DNA of 64,000 nucleotides from an uncultured Candidatus Saccharibacteria bacterium (lineage in GTDB: Bacteria; Patescibacteriota; Minisyncoccia; Phycocordibacterales; DATDWN01). Shown one piece after another: positions 47,125 through 56,692 of this stretch (position 1 is the first letter of the stretch; each line of letters starts with the position of its first letter). The position numbers and the translations under genes were made by a program. The notes below the pieces were generated by a model that was given only the letters and a program-made list of their open reading frames with translations, had not been told where the DNA came from and made no database searches. The stretch lies in NCBI GenBank assembly GCA_964391455.1, contig CAYMJQ010000002.1, forward strand, positions 12,688-76,687, given 5' to 3'.

Positions 47125-47892
47125 ATGTTTGGTATGAAAAAACAGAAAAAACTGATTGTGGGGAATTGGAAAATGAATCCAATAGATGAGTATAATGCTA
47201 GAGATATCGTAAAGAAAGTTAAAAGGGCGAGTGAAAAATTAAAAAAATCTCAAGTTATTATTTGTCCTCCACATTTATATTTACCTCTTTTTACAAAAAC
47301 TAAAAGTAAAAATTTTTTATTGGGCAGTCAAAACGCACATTATGAAGTTTCAGGGTCTTTTACTGGAGAAGTGAGTTTTTCTATGTTGTATCAATTTGGT
47401 GTTCGTTTTGTAATAGTTGGACATTCGGAAAGAAGAAAAATGGGTGAGACAGATGAAGTCGTAAACAGAAAAGTTAAATCAATAGTAAATTCAGGCATGT
47501 CTGCGATTGTTTGTGTTGGTGAAAGCATCAGAGATCACAATGGTGATTATTTGGAGTTTATTAAGAAACAAATAAAAGAAGCCTTAAATGATGTTCCTAA
47601 AAAGATTTTAAATCAAATAGTCATAGCTTATGAGCCAATCTGGGCCATAGGAGCTAGAGAAGCTATGTCATCCAGAGATTTACATGAGATGTCTATATTT
47701 ATAAAAAAAGTTCTTAATGATACTTTCGGTTCTTATTCGGAAGATGTGAGAATTATATATGGTGGTTCTGTAGATAGTGTAAACGCAGATACTTTAGTAA
47801 AAGAAGGTAATGTTTCAGGACTTCTTGTTGGTAGACAAAGTCTCACACCAAAAGATTTTATACAAATTATAAATTCAGTTGATAATTTATAA
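47125..47892 (+). CDS. tpiA: triosephosphate isomerase
   Basis: The motifs GNWKMN, VIVGHSERR and AYEPIWAIG. Confidence 0.9.
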   Translation: MFGMKKQKKLIVGNWKMNPIDEYNARDIVKKVKRASEKLKKSQVIICPPHLYLPLFTKTKSKNFLLGSQNAHYEVSGSFTGEVSFSMLYQFGVRFVIVGHSERRKMGETDEVVNRKVKSIVNSGMSAIVCVGESIRDHNGDYLEFIKKQIKEALNDVPKKILNQIVIAYEPIWAIGAREAMSSRDLHEMSIFIKKVLNDTFGSYSEDVRIIYGGSVDSVNADTLVKEGNVSGLLVGRQSLTPKDFIQIINSVDNL

Positions 47893-47943
47893 ATTATCAG
47901 TAACTAAAACTTATATTATATAGTATTAATTATAAAATAATTT

Positions 47944-49080
47944 ATGAAATATCTCAGTGATTTAACAGAAAAAGATTTGAAAGGTAAGTATGTATTATTA
48001 AGACTTGATTTAAATGTTCCAATTATAAATGGAGAAGTTACAGATACATTTAGATTAGATAGGGTTATAGAAACAATTGATTTTTTAAGACAAAATAAAG
48101 CCAGAACGATCATCATTTCTCATATAGAAAGTGGTGATAAAACTCTTGTTCCTGTCTGGCACTACTTAAACGGGTTTTTCCCATTAGAATTTTCACCTAC
48201 ATATTTTACAGCAGAAGCTATTGATAAGATTTCAAAACTTGAAGACAAAGGAGTGATACTTTTTGAAAATCTTAGAGTAAATCAAGGGGAGAAAGAAAAT
48301 GATGAAGAATTTGCTAAAAAGTTAAGTCAGATGGCAGAGATTTATGTTAATGATGCTTTTGCAGTTTCTCACAGAAAGCACGCCTCTATTGTGGGGGTTT
48401 CAAAATTTTTACCTTCATATGCGGGATTACTTTTAAAACAAGAAATTGAACATTTGGGAAAAGCTTTTAATCCAGAGCATCCATTTTTATTTGTACTTGG
48501 TGGCGCAAAGTTTGAAACCAAAATGCCTCTTATTAAAAAATTTTTAGATAAAGCAAATAAAATTTTTTTGGCAGGGGCTTTAGCAAATAATATTTTCAAA
48601 GAGAGAGGTTTAGAATTGGGGACATCTTTGGTTTCGGAAACTAAAGCAGATCTTGGTGAGCTATCTAATAATGATAAAGTCATTACTCCAATAGATGTAA
48701 CAGTCACCAACTCAAAAGGTGAGGTGTTAAATAGAAAAACAAATGAAATAAAAAATGATGAGTGTATAGTTGATATAGGCACTGAAACCATAAAACAATT
48801 AGAAAATATTTTAAATGGTACAAAAACTATTTTATGGAATGGTCCTTTGGGTAACTATGAATTAGGTTTTCAGGATAAAACAGAAGTTTTGGCAAAGATG
48901 GTGGCTGATTTAACAAAAAAAGAAGGAATAACTTCTATAGTGGGTGGTGGAGACACTATTGCTTCTATAAACAAACTTGGTCTAAATAATGATTTTACTT
49001 TTATTTCCACTGGTGGAGGAGCGATGTTGGATTACTTGGTCAATGAGACTCTCCCTGGAATTGATGTTTTAAATAAGTAG
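47944..49080 (+). CDS. pgk: phosphoglycerate kinase
   Basis: A PGK fold sequence reading …RLDLNVP…GGGA…; 378 aa. Confidence 0.9.
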   Translation: MKYLSDLTEKDLKGKYVLLRLDLNVPIINGEVTDTFRLDRVIETIDFLRQNKARTIIISHIESGDKTLVPVWHYLNGFFPLEFSPTYFTAEAIDKISKLEDKGVILFENLRVNQGEKENDEEFAKKLSQMAEIYVNDAFAVSHRKHASIVGVSKFLPSYAGLLLKQEIEHLGKAFNPEHPFLFVLGGAKFETKMPLIKKFLDKANKIFLAGALANNIFKERGLELGTSLVSETKADLGELSNNDKVITPIDVTVTNSKGEVLNRKTNEIKNDECIVDIGTETIKQLENILNGTKTILWNGPLGNYELGFQDKTEVLAKMVADLTKKEGITSIVGGGDTIASINKLGLNNDFTFISTGGGAMLDYLVNETLPGIDVLNK

Positions 49081-49174
49081 GTTATTGATTTATTTATATT
49101 TTACTTTATAGTTGTGGAAGGGTTCTTTGACTACCACCTGCCTGTGGCAGACTGGTAATTGTTAGGAGACTGCC

Positions 49175-49780
49175 ATGAGCACCTCATTTCGTCAGGTAGT
49201 GAAGATTGCGAATACTCTGGAAGAGAAAGGGCTAACACCCGAACTCATCCAGTCTGAGCTTTTGGGTAGGGGAATTCTCGCAGATATCGCCGAGGCGGTG
49301 GTTCTTGGAACTGTGCCTAATCGCCGAGAGTTTCAGAAGTTTCTCGGAATTTTACCACCCCCTATTCCTCTCCTCGTCGACTACACGATGAGCCTCACCA
49401 AGATGATCTCAGCAGGAAAGTACGACCGTAAGAACTCAAACGTGAATAACAAGAACTTTCCCCGCACCAAGTCGGGGAAGTTCACGGTGGAGGTAGAGCT
49501 TCTACAAATATATCGGCAAACCTATTCGGAGAGCGTTCTCGTCGAGATGTTGAAACTCGGTTTCCGTCCGGCGACTCTGGAAGAACTCCTCTCATTCGGA
49601 GTCACAAACCCAGAAGTTCAGAGAGAGTTCCCTGTGGTTGCTCTCGGATCATCCTGTGTTCTGGATGGCGTTCGCCACGTTCCGTACCTAAGTGGGGACA
49701 ATTTGGAGCGCGACCTTGACCTGGACTGGTTCGCCAGCTGCTGGGGTCGCGGTTATCAGTTCCTCGTCGTTCGCAAGTGA
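49175..49780 (+). CDS. GC-rich foreign-looking hypothetical protein (201 aa)
   Basis: It is preceded by an AGGAG SD 6 nt before the ATG and a palindrome ctgccTGTggcag. Its composition is strongly GC-shifted. A UUCG-tetraloop hairpin (cctcgagtgg-ttcg-ccactcgagg) follows the stop. I recognise no domain. Confidence 0.5.
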   Translation: MSTSFRQVVKIANTLEEKGLTPELIQSELLGRGILADIAEAVVLGTVPNRREFQKFLGILPPPIPLLVDYTMSLTKMISAGKYDRKNSNVNNKNFPRTKSGKFTVEVELLQIYRQTYSESVLVEMLKLGFRPATLEELLSFGVTNPEVQREFPVVALGSSCVLDGVRHVPYLSGDNLERDLDLDWFASCWGRGYQFLVVRK

Positions 49781-49884
49781 TCTTTTGACCTTTGTTTCTG
49801 TGACTGTACTCTGTGCCTTGTCACTTAGACACTTGGTCCCTCCTCGAGTGGTTCGCCACTCGAGGAGTTATTGTATACAAAAAG

Positions 49885-50247
49885 TTATATCAAACTTTCT
49901 TTGAGTAGTTTTAGATTTGTTTCAAAATCTTTTGGGGTTCCAGAAACTTCTTTGTTTGGGAATACCCAGATGTGAGCGTGGGGAACTTCGTCACCAACTA
50001 TTTTAGAAAGTATCCAATCAGTGTTAAAAGCTTTTTGTTGGGCTAAAGCTATTTTTTTTGCCACTTCAAAATATTCTCCAGCATTTTCTACATCCCAAAC
50101 CCATCTTTTGTGCTCTTTGGGTATGACTTGGGTATGCCCAGGAGATTGGGGATTTATATCTAAAAAAGCTAGATATTTATCATCCTCATACACCCTATAA
50201 CAAGGTATCTCTCCCTTAACTATTTTGCAAAATATACAGTTGTTCAT
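49885..50247 (-). CDS. HIT-family (histidine triad) nucleotide hydrolase
   Basis: An N-terminal CxxC and the HIT motif HAHIWVFP; 120 aa. Confidence 0.8.
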   Translation of the reverse strand: MNNCIFCKIVKGEIPCYRVYEDDKYLAFLDINPQSPGHTQVIPKEHKRWVWDVENAGEYFEVAKKIALAQQKAFNTDWILSKIVGDEVPHAHIWVFPNKEVSGTPKDFETNLKLLKESLI

Positions 50248-50347
50248 AGATATTATTTTAACATAGACTCAAACTTTCTCATCCTACTACGATATATCGT
50301 AGTAGGATGAGAAGTGTTTCTAGTTGTGTGGGACGTGGTAGAATTAC

Positions 50348-52090
50348 TTGATGTCAAAAAAATACTCAGTTAGAGAGAATATTCCAGAAAAGATAGATAA
50401 AATATTTGAAGTACATTCTCCACTTGTGCGCTCATTACTGTATGCACGAGGTATAGAAGATTTAGAAACTGCAAACGCTTTTCTAAATCCTGATTACGAA
50501 AAACATCTTCACGATCCATTTCTGTTAAAAGATATGGATAAAGTGGTGGTTAGAATTTTAAAAGCAATTAAAGATGGAGAGAGAATAGGGATTTTCTCTG
50601 ACTATGATGCAGATGGTATACCTGGTGCAGTTGCGTTACACGATTTTTTTAAAAAAATTGGTTACACAAATTTTACAAATTATATACCACTTAGAAATGA
50701 AGAAGGTTTTGGATTAAATAACGATGCAGTAGAAATATTAAGTAAGGATGGTGTAAATCTACTCATTACTATCGACTGTGGTATTACAGATGTTTCTCAA
50801 GTAGATCTTGCAAATAAATTAGGAATAGATGTGATAATTACCGATCATCATATTCCAGGGAAAAAACTTCCAAAGGCTTTTGGAATAATTAATCCAAAGC
50901 AAAAAAAATGTGAGTATCCAGAGAAAATGCTCTGTGGTAGCGGTGTGATTTTCAAGGTTATTCAAGCTCTCATAAAAAAAGGAAAAGAAGATGGTGTGTT
51001 TGAATGGAAAGAGGGTCAGGAGAAATGGTTTTTAGATATGGTGGGGTTAGCTACACTTTCTGATATGGTCCCTCTTTTAGGAGAGAATAGAGTACTATCT
51101 TACTATGGGATGAAAGTAATACAAAAAAGTCCTAGAGCGGGTCTACAGAAACTTTTTTCACTACTTAAAATAAATCAAAATAAAGTTACCGAGGACGATA
51201 TCGCTTTTATGATAACTCCACGTATTAATGCAGCAAGCAGAATGGGTGTACCTTTAGATGCATTTAAACTTTTATCAACCATAGATGAGGTTGAGGCTGG
51301 AGTATTTGCAGAACACTTAAATAATAAAAATGATGAGAGAAAGGGTGTGGTAGGTAGTATGATACGAGAAATAAAAAAAAGGCTGGACGAACGCGAGGAA
51401 GATATGCGACATGTGTTTGTGTTTGGAAATCCAGAATGGAAACCAAGTCTGTTGGGGCTTGTCGCTAATAGTTTTTCAGATGAGCATAATAGACCTGTAT
51501 TTTTCTGGGGAAGAAATGGTGAGAGTGGAGAGGAGGGGCTAATAAAGGGTTCATGTCGAAGTGGCGGTGATACAGACATCGTAAAACTTATGGAAAGATG
51601 CAAAGATATTTTTGTAGACTTCGGTGGACATAAGGGTGCTGGAGGGTTTTCAATACTTCAAGAGAATGTACATCATTTAGAAGAAAGACTAAACGAAGCT
51701 TTTCATGAATTAGAGGCCGAAGGTTTTTTAACATCAGAGGCGATAGCTACGGTAGATAAAAAACTATCACTAGATGATGTGAATTGGGATACATACAGTA
51801 GTGTAGAAAAGTTTGCTCCTTTTGGACTAGATAACCCCAAACCACTTTTTCTTTTTGATGATGTTTTACTGCATGGAGTTAAACTTTTTGGCAAGGAGAA
51901 AAATCATTTAGAACTTAAACTCAAAAATTCTCAAAATAAAGATGTGAATGCAATGGCATTTTTCAAAACTGATCTAAGTTTCGATAGGCCGTTAAATGTA
52001 GGGGATAAAATAAACCTTGTAGCCACACTAGAAAAATCAGAGTTTCGGAATTTTCCAGAGTTAAGATTGCGAATAGTGGATATATTCTAA
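50348..52090 (+). CDS. recJ: single-stranded-DNA-specific exonuclease RecJ (DHH/DHHA1)
   Basis: DHH motifs (FSDYDADG, ITDHH), a DHHA1 domain with GGH, and a C-terminal OB-like domain; 580 aa. Confidence 0.8.
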   Translation: MMSKKYSVRENIPEKIDKIFEVHSPLVRSLLYARGIEDLETANAFLNPDYEKHLHDPFLLKDMDKVVVRILKAIKDGERIGIFSDYDADGIPGAVALHDFFKKIGYTNFTNYIPLRNEEGFGLNNDAVEILSKDGVNLLITIDCGITDVSQVDLANKLGIDVIITDHHIPGKKLPKAFGIINPKQKKCEYPEKMLCGSGVIFKVIQALIKKGKEDGVFEWKEGQEKWFLDMVGLATLSDMVPLLGENRVLSYYGMKVIQKSPRAGLQKLFSLLKINQNKVTEDDIAFMITPRINAASRMGVPLDAFKLLSTIDEVEAGVFAEHLNNKNDERKGVVGSMIREIKKRLDEREEDMRHVFVFGNPEWKPSLLGLVANSFSDEHNRPVFFWGRNGESGEEGLIKGSCRSGGDTDIVKLMERCKDIFVDFGGHKGAGGFSILQENVHHLEERLNEAFHELEAEGFLTSEAIATVDKKLSLDDVNWDTYSSVEKFAPFGLDNPKPLFLFDDVLLHGVKLFGKEKNHLELKLKNSQNKDVNAMAFFKTDLSFDRPLNVGDKINLVATLEKSEFRNFPELRLRIVDIF

Positions 52091-52093
52091 CAC

Positions 52094-52122
52094 TTGACAA
52101 AAAAAATGCTTAGTATATAATT
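52094..52122 (+). promoter_or_regulatory. consensus sigma70 promoter TTGACA-16-TATAAT
   Basis: The sequence reads ttgacaaaaaaaatgcttagtatataat. Confidence 0.5.
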
Positions 52123-52128
52123 GTGTTT

Positions 52129-52221
52129 GAACGAGCATCCCCAAGGGGCACTGCTCGGAACGTAAGACAATTAAGTATCGGGTACTACCCCGGGCCCCTA
52201 AAAAGGCCCGGGTTTCTCTTT
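52129..52221 (+). ncRNA. candidate ~90-nt small RNA (or attenuator leader of rnhA)
   Basis: It runs from the consensus promoter to a GC-clamped terminator, cccgggcc-cctaaaaa-ggcccggg plus tttctcttt. It has internal stems (cgagca…tgctcg, cccc-aa-gggg). No ORF or SD is present. Confidence 0.35.
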
Positions 52222-52249
52222 GCAAAAATATATTTGTTATACTAATTAA

Positions 52250-52921
52250 ATGATAAAAATTTTTACTGATGGTTCATCTCGCGGTAATCCTGGTCCTGGG
52301 GGGTGGGGAGCAATACTTGTTATGGAAGATAGGGTTCTTGAACTTGGTGGAAGAGAAGATGACACTACAAATAACCGTATGGAACTTACTGCAGTTTTAG
52401 AGTCACTTAAACAGGCAACTGATCCTAATATAGAAATATTTACAGACTCTGCATATGTTCTAAATGGCGCCACTCGCTGGGTTAAAGGTTGGGTTAAAAA
52501 TAATTGGAAGACAAGCACCAAAGACGATGTGTTAAACAAGGATTTGTGGGAAAGTCTAGTTTCTCTTACAGAACACAAAAATATTTCTTGGAATCTAGTT
52601 AAGGGTCATGCGGGACATGCAGGTAACGAAAGATGTGATGTTATTGCAACTTCTTTTGCTGACAATAATCCCACAGTTTTATATAAAGGTAGTAGAGAAC
52701 GTTATGGAGTTGCTATAAACAATGTTGCAACTACCGGGCTACCTGAAAGCAAAAGCAAATCCAAGGCTTACTCGTATGTAAGTATGGTGGATGGAGAAAT
52801 ACAAATTCACAAAACTTGGGATGAATGTAAAGAAAGGGTAAATGGTAAAAGTGGCGCACGTTTTAAAAAATCTACTTCACCACAAAATGAGGAAGAGATA
52901 ATAGAGGAGTTTTCAAATTAG
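52250..52921 (+). CDS. rnhA: ribonuclease HI with C-terminal extension
   Basis: MIKIFTDGSSRGNPGPGGWGAIL plus the DEDD catalytic pattern, and an ~80-aa extra C-terminal tail. Confidence 0.85.
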   Translation: MIKIFTDGSSRGNPGPGGWGAILVMEDRVLELGGREDDTTNNRMELTAVLESLKQATDPNIEIFTDSAYVLNGATRWVKGWVKNNWKTSTKDDVLNKDLWESLVSLTEHKNISWNLVKGHAGHAGNERCDVIATSFADNNPTVLYKGSRERYGVAINNVATTGLPESKSKSKAYSYVSMVDGEIQIHKTWDECKERVNGKSGARFKKSTSPQNEEEIIEEFSN

Positions 52922-53054
52922 TATTTTTAGATTTCGCGAGTAATTAGAAAACAACTAAAAAATTATAGTTCAACAAAATTTAAGAAATACTAATTTGAAG
53001 ACTTTAAGATTGGGAAGTGTTTGCAATATTGTTAAAAAGGAATAGAGTGGGGGC

Positions 53055-54536
53055 ATGATTTTATCAGCCACATTTGGCTTCATCTTAGGTATTGCCAGTG
53101 CTTCATTTTTCTATTTTGATTTCTGGTCTATTTTAGCTTTGTTTTTAGGTGGTTTCATTTCTTTTTCTTTTTATTATTTCAGAAGCAATGTTTCAAGAGA
53201 AAAATTTTGGATATTTACTTTATTTTTTGTGTTTTTTATTTTAGGTGTTTTCAGAATAAATGTTTCAGATCTTTATTCTGAATCAAAATTAAAAGATTTT
53301 GATTCCAAGAAAATTATTGTTTCAGGTGTTATAGTTTCTGAACCAGACATCAGGGATAACAACACAAAATATACTATTGAGGTGCAAAAAATTTTTCCAT
53401 CAGGAGACAACAATTTAGATATTAGATTGGTTACAACTGAAAAAATATTAGTTACACTTCCTCTTTATCCAAAATTTAATTATGGAGACGAAATAAAAGT
53501 AAATGTTTCACTACAAAAACCAAAGTTAATAGAAAATGAAGATGGAAGGATTTTTAATTATGAAGGTTACTTGAGGGTGAGAGGTATTTGGTACACTTCA
53601 AATTATTCTACAGCAGAACCCCTATCTTCTGGTAATGGAAACATTATTAAACATTGGTTATTCAAAACCAAAAACATTTTCACAAATTCTATTGAAAATG
53701 TTTTACCACAACCTGAATCCAGTTTGCTTGGTGGATTGTTACTTGGCTCAAAACAAAGTTTGGGAAAAGATCTATTAAATGATTTTCAAAGAACAGGAAT
53801 TTCTCATATTGTTGTTTTGTCTGGTTACAACATTGCAATAGTTGCTGATAGCATAATTAATTTTTTTAAATTTTTACCAAAAAATATATCTTTCGGTTTT
53901 GGTACTGTGGGAATAATTTTATTTACAATTTTATCTGGTTCTGGGTCTTCCGGAGTGCGTGCATCTATTATGGTTTTGATTGCTTTGTTTGCAAAACATA
54001 GCAATAGAGATTATAAGTCAGATAGAATTTTAGGTTTCACAATTTTTGCAATGCTTTTGTATAACCCTCTTCTTTTGATATTTGATCCATCTTTCCAACT
54101 TTCTATTTTGGCAACAATAGGAATTATTTTTGTTTCTCCGGTGCTGGAAAAATATTTTAAAAATATTCCAGAGAAATTTGGTATGAGAGAAATATTTTCT
54201 ACCACTATAGCTACTCAAATAACTGTTCTACCCCTGCTTATATATAGTACAGGTATAGTTTCATTTGTTTCACTGCCTGTTAATGTTTTGATTTTGGGAA
54301 CAATACCAATAACTATGTTTTTCGGGTTTATTACCGGATTACTTGGTTTATTTTCTATGTATCTTGCTTTTGTACCAGCCTTTTTTACATACGTGCTTTT
54401 ATGGTATCAACTAAAAATAGTTGCCATAGGAAGTAGTGTTTCATTTGGTGTGATTAGTTTACCAGCTTTTTCTTCTGTGTTTTTATTTTTTATTTATATT
54501 TTGTTATTTTGGTTATTTTATAAAATTAAAAATTAA
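53055..54536 (+). CDS. comEC: ComEC/Rec2 N-terminal part (DUF4131 + competence channel domain)
   Basis: A polytopic protein with the ComEC core motifs SGYNIAIVADSI and ISHIVVLSG. It lacks the metallo-beta-lactamase domain. Confidence 0.75.
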   Translation: MILSATFGFILGIASASFFYFDFWSILALFLGGFISFSFYYFRSNVSREKFWIFTLFFVFFILGVFRINVSDLYSESKLKDFDSKKIIVSGVIVSEPDIRDNNTKYTIEVQKIFPSGDNNLDIRLVTTEKILVTLPLYPKFNYGDEIKVNVSLQKPKLIENEDGRIFNYEGYLRVRGIWYTSNYSTAEPLSSGNGNIIKHWLFKTKNIFTNSIENVLPQPESSLLGGLLLGSKQSLGKDLLNDFQRTGISHIVVLSGYNIAIVADSIINFFKFLPKNISFGFGTVGIILFTILSGSGSSGVRASIMVLIALFAKHSNRDYKSDRILGFTIFAMLLYNPLLLIFDPSFQLSILATIGIIFVSPVLEKYFKNIPEKFGMREIFSTTIATQITVLPLLIYSTGIVSFVSLPVNVLILGTIPITMFFGFITGLLGLFSMYLAFVPAFFTYVLLWYQLKIVAIGSSVSFGVISLPAFSSVFLFFIYILLFWLFYKIKN

Positions 54537-54541
54537 TTTTA

Positions 54542-55132
54542 TTACGCGTTATTAAATCTATCCTCAACTTTTTTCCAATTTAGATTTGTAAAAAAATCTT
54601 CTACATATTGTTTTTTACCACTTGGCTCATAGTCAGACACAAAAGAGTGTTCCCACATATCTAATGCAAGTATTGGAGTACAGTTTTGCAACTGTCCTAA
54701 ATGTTGTTCATCAACCCAAGAAGTTAGAAGTTTATTCTCTTTTTTGTCTAACCAAAGCATTGCCCAACCAACACCTCTTGTTAATGCAATAGTTTTAAAG
54801 TATTTAAGAAAGTTATCCAGGGTTCCATAATTTTCTTCCAATGCTTTTTTAAGCCCTTCATCTGAAAGTTCTTTCGGTCCATCTGACAGAGAATCAAAAT
54901 ATATTTCATGATTTCTCATACCATTATATTCAAAAGAAAATCTTCTATTTAATTCTCCAATCAGATAAATATTTTTTTCTACATCTTCCATAAAAAGTTC
55001 ATACAATTTCTGATTTACAAGGTTGGCATTTTTTACATACCCGGAATACAGTTTTAAATGTTCTTCTATGTTTTTTGTTGAAATGCCTTTAAGTTCCCCA
55101 ATATTAAATTTTTTTTCTTCAAATTGTGCCAT
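54542..55132 (-). CDS. sodA: Fe/Mn superoxide dismutase
   Basis: The motif DMWEHSFV…Y (compare DVWEHAYY) and metal-ligand His positions in the N-domain. Confidence 0.85.
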   Translation of the reverse strand: MAQFEEKKFNIGELKGISTKNIEEHLKLYSGYVKNANLVNQKLYELFMEDVEKNIYLIGELNRRFSFEYNGMRNHEIYFDSLSDGPKELSDEGLKKALEENYGTLDNFLKYFKTIALTRGVGWAMLWLDKKENKLLTSWVDEQHLGQLQNCTPILALDMWEHSFVSDYEPSGKKQYVEDFFTNLNWKKVEDRFNNA

Positions 55133-55154
55133 AGTTTATGTTTAAATTTATAAA

Positions 55155-56096
55155 TTGAAATTAGTATGTATACTATACCACATGGATGGAGTCGTGTTAC
55201 AAAGAAAAAATAAGCTCAAGAAGTACTTAATCATAGGTTTTTTTATTCTCAGTCTTTTTTTACTTTGGTCTATTTTTTTAGATAAAAAAGATAATTTATT
55301 AAAATTTTCTATGTTAGATGTTGGACAGGGAGATGCGTTATTTATAGAATCGCCAACAAAAGTTCAGGTGTTAGTAGATGGTGGCCCGGGAAATAATTTA
55401 TCAAGACAGATTTCAAAAGTTATACCTTGGCATGACCGACACATAGATATATTAGTTGTTACAAACCCAGATAGAGATCATTATGAAGGTTTTATAAAAC
55501 TTTTAGATAAGTATTCTGTAGGACTTTTAATAGAACCTGGTGTTATTAAAAATGATCCAGTTTACGAAGTCTTTAAAAATAAAATTAAAGATAAAAATAT
55601 TGAAACTGTTTTAGCTCGTAGAGGACAGGTCATAGATATAGGTGACGGGGCCTATTTACAAGTTCTATTTCCAGATAGAAATGTCTCACAAGTATCTCCT
55701 AATATGGGTTCAATAGTAATGAAACTTTTTTATAAAAATACAAATGTGATATTGCAAGGTGATTCCTTATCTAATATTGAAAATTATTTATTAGAAATAG
55801 ATGGAGATTATTTAAAAAGTGATATTTTAAAAGTAGGACATCATGGTTCAAAAACAAGTAGTATCGAGAATTATGTAGCAAAAGTTAATCCAGATTTTGC
55901 TCTGGTTTCCGCTGGAGAAAATAATCCGCACGGACATCCACATAAAGAAGTTATAGACATTTTTTCTAATTTAGGGATTCCTGTTTATAGTACTTGCAAT
56001 AATGGCAATATAAATTTTAAATCAGATGGAGAAAAATTTACTTTAAAAAACAAAAAAATAAAACAAGCTATTGTTGGTTGCAAAACAAATATTTGA
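55155..56096 (+). CDS. ComEC-type metallo-beta-lactamase domain protein (separate cistron, N-terminal TM helix)
   Basis: …MLDVGQGDALFIE…VDGGP…TNPDRDH… with a C-terminal HHGS motif. It resembles a ComEC C-terminal domain. Confidence 0.65.
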   Translation: MKLVCILYHMDGVVLQRKNKLKKYLIIGFFILSLFLLWSIFLDKKDNLLKFSMLDVGQGDALFIESPTKVQVLVDGGPGNNLSRQISKVIPWHDRHIDILVVTNPDRDHYEGFIKLLDKYSVGLLIEPGVIKNDPVYEVFKNKIKDKNIETVLARRGQVIDIGDGAYLQVLFPDRNVSQVSPNMGSIVMKLFYKNTNVILQGDSLSNIENYLLEIDGDYLKSDILKVGHHGSKTSSIENYVAKVNPDFALVSAGENNPHGHPHKEVIDIFSNLGIPVYSTCNNGNINFKSDGEKFTLKNKKIKQAIVGCKTNI

Positions 56097-56136
56097 CATT
56101 TTTATAAAAGATATTAACATTTTTTTTGGAGGTAAG

Positions 56137-56334
56137 ATGAAGCACACCCTTCTTTGGGTTCGTGGTGGGGCGGAGGAAGTGGAACTTCCTTTTTCCGCTT
56201 CTCCGAGTGACGCGATGCCTCTGGCGAGGCGTCATGTTGAGAACTTGTCGCAGTCGACGGTGCCTTTGTCGAACTTCCGGCTTCGGATGCCGGATGGTCG
56301 CGAGGTGCCGATCGACCCCAAGAAGAAGCACTAG
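56137..56334 (+). CDS. GC-rich foreign-looking small protein (65 aa)
   Basis: A GGAGG SD 4 nt upstream. The product is MKHTLLWVRGGAEEVELPFSASPSDAMPLARRHVENLSQSTVPLSNFRLRMPDGREVPIDPKKKH. A perfect terminator follows. Confidence 0.4.
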   Translation: MKHTLLWVRGGAEEVELPFSASPSDAMPLARRHVENLSQSTVPLSNFRLRMPDGREVPIDPKKKH

Positions 56335-56350
56335 TACCAACTAGTGTAAA

Positions 56351-56388
56351 CAGCCAAATCCTGAAAACCAGGATTTGGCTGTTTTTTC
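56351..56388 (+). terminator. perfect intrinsic terminator
   Basis: The sequence cagccaaatcctg-aaaac-caggatttggctg is followed by tttttt. Confidence 0.7.
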
Positions 56389-56422
56389 TTTTTTTGTGTT
56401 ATATTGTTTTCCGGAGGATTTT

Positions 56423-56626
56423 ATGAGGGAAAATTGTTACGAGCTTCGCTGGCGGGTTGGTCAGGAGAAGATAAAGACGGGGTTTATGAATTTTTTTGGG
56501 GAGAAAGAAAAAGTTCTTCCTGAGGCAAGGGAAGTCGCCCAGAGGATTCATGGAAGAAATCCACTCATGAAGGATTTCTCTCTTCGAGGACCATGGGGAG
56601 AGGAAACTCCGATTTCTGTAAGCTAG
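56423..56626 (+). CDS. GC-shifted small protein (67 aa), second cistron of the cassette
   Basis: A GGAGGA SD 6 nt upstream. The product is MRENCYELRWRVGQEKIKTGFMNFFGEKEKVLPEAREVAQRIHGRNPLMKDFSLRGPWGEETPISVS. Confidence 0.4.
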   Translation: MRENCYELRWRVGQEKIKTGFMNFFGEKEKVLPEAREVAQRIHGRNPLMKDFSLRGPWGEETPISVS

Positions 56627-56632
56627 CTTTAG

Positions 56633-56671
56633 AAAACGACCGGACCATTTGTGTGGTTCCGGTCGTTTTTT
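56633..56671 (+). terminator. perfect intrinsic terminator
   Basis: The sequence aaaacgaccggaacc…ggttccggtcg is followed by ttttttc. Confidence 0.7.
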
Positions 56672-56692
56672 CATAGGTGATGTGTATTTTTA

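Noticed and set aside
56068-56344. ORFs 56068..56340 (-) and 56162..56344 (+), Arg-rich, overlapping the GC cassette
   Set aside because: They are alternative frames of the same GC-rich block. Only the frame with GGAGG-4nt-ATG has initiation context.
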